IMG/VR virus record: IMGVR_UViG_3300037067_011710
Length of the DNA: 20,000 bases
Strand: one strand, 5' to 3'
DNA from: an uncultured virus (IMG/VR IMGVR_UViG_3300037067_011710)
Lineage: Duplodnaviria; Heunggongvirae; Uroviricota; Caudoviricetes
Below are positions 15,232-20,000 of this stretch, piece after piece. How positions within the stretch are numbered: position 1 is the first letter of the stretch; each line of letters starts with the position of its first letter. The notes below the pieces were generated by a model. The model saw nothing but the letters and a program-made list of their open reading frames with translations. It was not told the DNA's origin and did no database searches. The translations under genes were made by a program, and so were the position numbers.

Positions 15232-17178
15232 TTATTTGTGGGTACAGTACACACGGCCGTATTTTTTTGTCGAGCCATAATTAGACTCATGTGCCCCGGC
15301 GTCAGGTGCTGTCCCATATAATACCACGGTTCCGTCAGAATCTTTGTATAGCCATATCGATGCATTGTCAGACCATGTTTTGTTCGATGTCAAGAAAAGG
15401 GTATCATCATATAGTGAATCAGTCCCATAACTAATTGATTCGATTTGTGCCGTATTCGATACCGTACCTACCGATATCCAATCTGCGGCAACTACTGCAC
15501 CGCCTCCTGCACCATTACCCCAACCAGGCTGAAAATGCTTTGCATCATCAACGATTAGTGTATCGGTATTGTTCCCGGCTCCGTATGCTTGCGTCAAACA
15601 CGTCCCTGAATCTATAGCGTTTGATGTCGATTTCAAAGTGAAGTCAGGTTCATTATTTACCGTTGTTATATCAGATCCATCCGGTGTTGACGGCCAATAC
15701 CAGTCTACGTTTGTGTTATTTACTACAGGCGATGCATAATCGTTTTCTGCAGTAAAATCAGGTTCAGTGGTATAATTGGGTGATAGTATCCAATCTCCGC
15801 ACACATCGTATCCAGTGCAGGAGTCCATCATCCATCCTTCGTTATACATATGGGATACTGCAATCGTGTCTCCGGTGTAATTTTTCCAGAAGATGTTGTT
15901 TTTGATAACTCCACCATAGGAGTTAACCGGGAAATGTTCCTCATTTGCGGCGATATATATTGTGTTTCTGTCGGGTGGATTTGACCGTCCAGGTGGATTT
16001 ATTGCATCGGGAAAATTTGCTCCGAATCCGTTTGCAAAAAATGAATTATTGTAAATGTGATTATAGCTCATCCTGCCATCAGTGGCGATTGAATGAGATT
16101 CAAAAAGAATTGCAAATGCTCCGTTGGCATACATATCGTTGTATCGAACGATATTGTTAGCTATTCCGAGGTGCATGGCTGCGGCATCGTTACTGTTGTT
16201 TACATTTTCCGATCCGTGTGAAATACGGTTTCCCTCAATGAGATTGTACCCGTGATGAAAATCGGCATTATGGACCCCCTGCATCTGTATAATGCGGTAT
16301 CCGTGCCAGATATCGACCTCATATTTTTCCTGAACTGCGTCATAGATCGAATCAACAAAGTACCATTGCTCATTGTGTAGAATATTATTACGCAACACAT
16401 TTTTATAGTTTAAAATTAAAACAACTTGGTGGCCACCTTGAGACATATCATTGTTTTCAATCACATTATCGTGAGTCTCGTCTTTACAGGTGTCTCCGGT
16501 GGTATTCCCGCAATCCTCCCACCCAATATCGAGACAGGAGGAAACATCCTCAAGCGTATATCCTCCCATTTTCTGCCATTTACAATGATGAACCCAATTG
16601 TAGCTAGAATTATGTTGAATCTCAGAAGCCGCCATCGCCGGGTTATTCGTAATCCATACTGAATGAGTTTGAACAAATTCGCAATACGCAATCTCATTGT
16701 AAGTTCCACCTGTACCAAAAGGGGGCCAAGTGTTACCATCATTTATTCGCAAAAAATATTTCAAGTTTGAAAACTTGAAATTTCTTGCAGACGTAGAACC
16801 GTCATATCCAGTGACTTTTATCCAAGCTTTTCCAACAATTAGTATGCCTTCTGCAAAAGATGAATTCCCTACGAATTCAACCTTTTCAGTCCCGTATGTT
16901 TTGTAAACAATTGGACTTTCTTCCGTCCCTGAATTGGTAGGATGAATACCTTCGGAATCTGAATCTGTCGAACCGATATAGATGGTATCGATATGCCCAG
17001 ACCCGCCACGGATGTGTACCGTGTCACCGGCAACGAGTGTTTCGTTTGCCTTGTGTATCCACTTCCACGGAGCGTCAATCGTACCGGCAGCCTCATCGCT
17101 CCCGGTTGCATTGTTGATATAATAATTCGTACTCCATGCTGCGACTGCCCAAGCAATAATCAAAAATAACTGTCTCAT
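15232..17178 (-). CDS. 648-aa exported right-handed parallel beta-helix protein (pectate-lyase-like fold, DUF1565-like N-terminus)
   Basis: Signal-peptide-like MRQLFLIIAWAVAAWS. N-cap YYINNATGSDEAAGTIDAPWKWI...GDTVHIRGG. Asn-ladder repeats (NVIENN, NLIEGN, NNIVRYN, NHIYNN, IKNNIFW). C-terminal DFTLKSTSNAIDSG...APDAGAHE. Confidence 0.88.
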   Translation of the reverse strand: MRQLFLIIAWAVAAWSTNYYINNATGSDEAAGTIDAPWKWIHKANETLVAGDTVHIRGGSGHIDTIYIGSTDSDSEGIHPTNSGTEESPIVYKTYGTEKVEFVGNSSFAEGILIVGKAWIKVTGYDGSTSARNFKFSNLKYFLRINDGNTWPPFGTGGTYNEIAYCEFVQTHSVWITNNPAMAASEIQHNSSYNWVHHCKWQKMGGYTLEDVSSCLDIGWEDCGNTTGDTCKDETHDNVIENNDMSQGGHQVVLILNYKNVLRNNILHNEQWYFVDSIYDAVQEKYEVDIWHGYRIIQMQGVHNADFHHGYNLIEGNRISHGSENVNNSNDAAAMHLGIANNIVRYNDMYANGAFAILFESHSIATDGRMSYNHIYNNSFFANGFGANFPDAINPPGRSNPPDRNTIYIAANEEHFPVNSYGGVIKNNIFWKNYTGDTIAVSHMYNEGWMMDSCTGYDVCGDWILSPNYTTEPDFTAENDYASPVVNNTNVDWYWPSTPDGSDITTVNNEPDFTLKSTSNAIDSGTCLTQAYGAGNNTDTLIVDDAKHFQPGWGNGAGGGAVVAADWISVGTVSNTAQIESISYGTDSLYDDTLFLTSNKTWSDNASIWLYKDSDGTVVLYGTAPDAGAHESNYGSTKKYGRVYCTHK

Positions 17179-17179
17179 G

Positions 17180-17398
17180 TTATTCCTTTTTAAAAGCCTT
17201 CATGATCTGTCCTCCCACACGCCCGACCACTCCGACAACCAGAGAAATAGCCGCGACGAAAGCCGCAGCTTCTTCGGCGCTCAAATCGATGTCAAAACGT
17301 TTTGCTAAGAATACCATGGCGACTCCGAGCGTTCCACCTCCTGCAAGTGTTCCCGCTTCTTGACCGCCCTTTACGGCGGCAGTAGTTTTGATACTCAT
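17180..17398 (-). CDS. 72-aa small membrane protein, holin-like
   Basis: Two hydrophobic G/A-rich segments and a basic C-terminus (KAFKKE). ATGA-coupled to the upstream ORF; its stop lies just before the 648-aa start. Confidence 0.6.
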   Translation of the reverse strand: MSIKTTAAVKGGQEAGTLAGGGTLGVAMVFLAKRFDIDLSAEEAAAFVAAISLVVGVVGRVGGQIMKAFKKE

Positions 17399-17523
17399 TT
17401 TTTACCAGCTTTCCTTTTGCGTGTCTTTTCTGCTTCTTCCACATCGGCAACTGCCGTGTGAACCTTGTTAAGGAATTTAAGGTCTTCAACAGTGTCTTTT
17501 TTACTTTTCAACTTCTGCTTCAT
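17395..17523 (-). CDS. 42-aa small basic protein (MKQKLKSKKDTVEDLKFLNKVHTAVADVEEAEKTRKRKAGKK)
   Basis: GGAGAAAGGA-N8-ATG at 17523 is a better start than the track's TTG at 17586. The stop overlaps the next start (ATGA). Confidence 0.5.
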   Translation of the reverse strand: MKQKLKSKKDTVEDLKFLNKVHTAVADVEEAEKTRKRKAGKK

Positions 17524-18217
17524 CAACAGTGTCCTTTCTCCATATGCTTGCATATTCTCCACGATATATCTGATCGGCTTTTTCAAACGCTCTCAAATAT
17601 CTTATATCGTCAGGAAGAACAAACCACAATAATGATATCATTGCCCGTAATGGAAACCATGCCACCCTTCCGGGCATACCCTTTATTCCCCCGTAAATGT
17701 GATAATTCGACAATTTTTTAAATCCCACCTCTGATAAAAGAGTGTCTATTCCCATTCGCGTCGTTGGATATCCATGGTCCGGGACTGTAAAAAACTTCTC
17801 TCCATAATCATGATAATCAGGTACACATAAAGCAAGTACTCCATCATCATTAAGCATCGTTTTGCACTGATCGACAAATGAACAAGCCTCCAAAGGGCTA
17901 ATCATATGTTCGAGTACATTACTTGCAACAATTACGTCGAATCTTTCATCGATAAAAGGTGATTGGTCGGGAAATCTCGCAATTTTTCCGCGATATTTTT
18001 CTTTTACATGCTCACTCGGATCGCTATCGACCCACTGGCATTTAAACCCGTATCCGTTTAAGGCATCAATCGCTTCACCACGCCCAGGCCCTATTTCGAG
18101 AACTGAACCTGATTTTTTATGTTTCAATATCTCGCCAATAAAATACCTGGTGAATCTCCTGTTGACGAATTTGCCTATTGAAGAAACGTTGCCTCTGTGA
18201 AAAAAATTATACTTCAT
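17501..18217 (-). CDS. Class I SAM-dependent methyltransferase (~238 aa; Methyltransf_11/23-like)
   Basis: Motif I VLEIGPGRG, plus FDVIVASNVLEH and LNDDGVLALCVP. Start placed at ATG 18217 after GGAGGT (ATGGAGGTTAAAATG). Confidence 0.88.
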   Translation of the reverse strand: MKYNFFHRGNVSSIGKFVNRRFTRYFIGEILKHKKSGSVLEIGPGRGEAIDALNGYGFKCQWVDSDPSEHVKEKYRGKIARFPDQSPFIDERFDVIVASNVLEHMISPLEACSFVDQCKTMLNDDGVLALCVPDYHDYGEKFFTVPDHGYPTTRMGIDTLLSEVGFKKLSNYHIYGGIKGMPGRVAWFPLRAMISLLWFVLPDDIRYLRAFEKADQIYRGEYASIWRKDTVDEAEVEK

Positions 18218-18218
18218 T

Positions 18219-18461
18219 TTAACCTCCATTATTTAAATCCATAGTTACACCGGTTGATACGAATACAACAAACAATATTAATTCAACCGCAAACAACAAA
18301 AAGAAAATAACGGGAATAGATTCCAATAGTAAACGAAATGGGTTTAAAATTGAGAACCTTTCCGCGTAATTGCTTATCCTGTCTTCCACTACACTATGAT
18401 AAGATCTCCAAAACCATACTGATAAAAACACAATAAAAATAACCAGAAGTACACGTGCCAT
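18219..18461 (-). CDS. ~80-aa two-TM membrane protein
   Basis: Hydrophobic helices VLLVIFIVFLSVWFW and IPVIFFLLFAVELILFVVFV. Start moved to ATG 18461 (GGGGT upstream), which removes the overlap with the lipase gene. Confidence 0.65.
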   Translation of the reverse strand: MARVLLVIFIVFLSVWFWRSYHSVVEDRISNYAERFSILNPFRLLLESIPVIFFLLFAVELILFVVFVSTGVTMDLNNGG

Positions 18462-18474
18462 TTGTAACCCCGTT

Positions 18475-19251
18475 CTATATTTTGCAGAACCAGTGACATT
18501 GCCGTAACCACCACACTTCATTCATCTTTTTCTGCGCCTCATACCAATCCCCAAGGACATTATATATCGACGAATAAGCATGGCCAAAGAAATTACCGAC
18601 TATAGGGTAATCCCGATATGATCCGATATCCGGCGTGTTGAATATCTCACCCCAATGATGCAGTATCGGTTTTCCAAGGTTGTCAACCACATCGCCCGGC
18701 ATTATCAGATGTTCGCATTTCAGGCCGTCGAGAGTGTCGAGATACTCTATCCCCTCGTTAGTACACGATGGAGGGCCGCAGTATCCTCTTACCGTAACAG
18801 GGCAGAATCCTGATTCGGTGAGGCACTTGCCTACCACCAGCGCCAGCGGATCGCCTCTTGAGTGCCCGGTGATGAATATCTGGCTATCCGTTTCGATATG
18901 CCCCTTCAGCCAGTGAAATAACTCTGAGCCGCTGTCCAAGAAATCATCATGGAATCCTCCGTTCGCCATAACAGGGAACGGGCTTTTATTTCCCCGGTCA
19001 GCTTCCTTCGTGTGAGTTCCGAGAACGACAATAACCTGAAATTTACCCGGTATCTCAAAATGATAAGCAAAGTCTTTTTCGGTATGCACCGGATGAAACT
19101 GCATATCAGGCCCGTGAAGCTGGTGCAGTGTGTCATTAATGGTCGCCCCATCATCGTGCCATGCAGCGAGCGCTATGTAGGGAAACAGTCTCGCCCATAG
19201 GTCGAGCGGCATCCATTCTTCGTTGGCAATCGGGTGCATTTCTTTCATCAT
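18475..19251 (-). CDS. Class 3 lipase-like alpha/beta hydrolase (258 aa)
   Basis: Nucleophile elbow IFITGHSRG (GHSRG at 18853-18867), GGFHDDF, candidate catalytic Asp in GDVVD and His in GHAYS. SD GGAGGT 5 nt before ATG. No signal peptide. Confidence 0.85.
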   Translation of the reverse strand: MMKEMHPIANEEWMPLDLWARLFPYIALAAWHDDGATINDTLHQLHGPDMQFHPVHTEKDFAYHFEIPGKFQVIVVLGTHTKEADRGNKSPFPVMANGGFHDDFLDSGSELFHWLKGHIETDSQIFITGHSRGDPLALVVGKCLTESGFCPVTVRGYCGPPSCTNEGIEYLDTLDGLKCEHLIMPGDVVDNLGKPILHHWGEIFNTPDIGSYRDYPIVGNFFGHAYSSIYNVLGDWYEAQKKMNEVWWLRQCHWFCKI

Positions 19252-19343
19252 TCAGGACCTCCCCATAGAAAAAGCCAAATATAAAGGAAGTATGCCATGA
19301 TAGCTACCAATTCGATACCGACAAGTATCCATGATGATTTCAT
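19248..19343 (-). CDS. 31-aa single-TM micropeptide MKSSWILVGIELVAIMAYFLYIWLFLWGGPE
   Basis: Not in the ORF track (too short). ATGA overlaps with both neighbours, GGAGG upstream, and it fills the gap exactly. Confidence 0.75.
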   Translation of the reverse strand: MKSSWILVGIELVAIMAYFLYIWLFLWGGPE

Positions 19344-19621
19344 TCCGTCCCTCCGGAATTAAGACGATTCCAGTCTTTCAGCAGGCTATCGTATTCGCAC
19401 TGAGGCCGAGATCCCATTTGAATGTACGTCTGGAATCGTACTGAACTGTTTAGCTTTTTAAGTTCAGCGACAACCGGAGACTGTTTTTCCACTATCCTTT
19501 TATCGACTTCCGGAAGGGCTATTTTACACCATGTAACGGTAATAGCTCCTGACAGCAATGTGGTCACAGTAATGATTACCGCCAAAGCTTCTTTCACTTT
19601 ACTGATTACCCTTGCCACCAT
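19340..19621 (-). CDS. 93-aa N-terminally membrane-anchored protein with coiled coil (holin/spanin-like candidate)
   Basis: TM segment ALAVIITVTTLLSGAITVTW followed by an amphipathic helix. First gene of the membrane-protein cluster. Confidence 0.6.
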   Translation of the reverse strand: MVARVISKVKEALAVIITVTTLLSGAITVTWCKIALPEVDKRIVEKQSPVVAELKKLNSSVRFQTYIQMGSRPQCEYDSLLKDWNRLNSGGTE

Positions 19622-19697
19622 TACATTCTCTCTATGGGCTTTATTTGCCCTGCAGCGTTGACCTCCCCGGTTTGCTGCGGCGTTGTCCGGGTTAGGT

Positions 19698-20000
19698 TTA
19701 CAGTTCGGTTATCGCTCCTGCAGTATGCATTTCCAATTTGTAATTAATTGTAATCACAGGAGTAGCCATATCACTGTTCGCATTACAATTAATGGTAATT
19801 TTACCTGCTCCATCGGTAATAGTAAACGCGCTTGTTAAGGAACCCCCCGGGGCAGTAAGGGCTTCGAGCCCTACCTTTTCGATGTCGCTGTGAACCGTTC
19901 CTCCTTCGTTCACCCCGTTGAATACGCATTCACCGGAAAGTGCTTGCCGCGACGTGCCGGAAGACGCGCTGATGGTATATGAAAACTTTCCTCCTTCTGC
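19698..20000 (-). CDS. C-terminal >=100 aa of a probable tail/virion structural protein (5'-truncated)
   Basis: Frame is open to the window edge: AEGGKFSYTISASSGTSRQALSGECVFNGVNEGGTVHSDI...TAGAITEL. G/S/T-rich beta-strand pattern. Confidence 0.65.
   Translation of the reverse strand, partial: AEGGKFSYTISASSGTSRQALSGECVFNGVNEGGTVHSDIEKVGLEALTAPGGSLTSAFTITDGAGKITINCNANSDMATPVITINYKLEMHTAGAITEL

Larger units (their letters stand above)
1..20000 (-). mobile_element. Tailed bacteriophage/prophage late region (lysis-like cluster, exported beta-helix proteins, ejection/internal virion proteins)
   Basis: Co-oriented, tightly coupled minus-strand genes. Gene order and motifs resemble podovirus ejection proteins plus a giant polyvalent protein and holin-like proteins. 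No housekeeping genes. No capsid, terminase or integrase in the window, so phage vs prophage cannot be decided. Confidence 0.85.

Noticed and set aside
17524..17586. TTG-start extension making the 63-aa version of the basic ORF
   Set aside because: It needs an 86-nt overlap with the methyltransferase; ATG 17523 has a better SD.
18462..18521. N-terminal extension of the 100-aa ORF
   Set aside because: Overlaps the lipase 3' end; ATG 18461 has its own SD-like site.
7511..19661. Remaining plus-strand ORFs and short alternative-frame minus ORFs in the track
   Set aside because: They overlap well-supported coupled minus-strand genes, and I saw no convincing RBS or motif.
19630..19697. Rho-independent terminator
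   Set aside because: Stems are only 4-5 bp and there is no U-tract on the coding strand.
1..20000. Stop-codon reassignment, CRISPR array, tRNA/rRNA, DGR, integrase or transposase
   Set aside because: TAA, TAG and TGA all end genes at coupled junctions. I saw no spaced DNA repeats, RNA gene signatures, reverse transcriptase, adenine-variable repeat pair or recombinase motifs.

Overview
The window looks like part of the late (virion/lysis) region of an uncharacterised tailed phage or prophage. All credible genes lie on the minus strand, tightly packed with ATGA/TAATG couplings, use the standard code and often have strong Shine-Dalgarno sites. In transcription order (right to left): the C-terminal end of a probable structural protein; a membrane/lysis-like cluster (93-aa TM protein, an unlisted 31-aa TM peptide, a Lipase_3-type hydrolase, a 2-TM protein, a SAM methyltransferase, a small basic protein, a holin-like protein); two large signal-peptide-bearing beta-helix/Ig proteins enriched in D-(S/T)-hydrophobic sequons; two small unknown proteins; and a podovirus-style ejection-protein series (920, 151 and 389 aa). 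The series ends in a giant ORF of at least 2463 aa (7391 to <1) that the ORF track missed because it has no stop in the window. It looks like a large polyvalent protein, with an HEXXH zincin, a degenerate ART-like domain in an AT-rich cassette and repeated (F/Y)SKK linkers. The most striking observation is two small basic ORFs nested in its +1 frame, each behind AGGAGG-N5-ATG, one encoding a 17-aa AT-hook peptide. All family assignments come from motifs recognised by eye; no searches were run.
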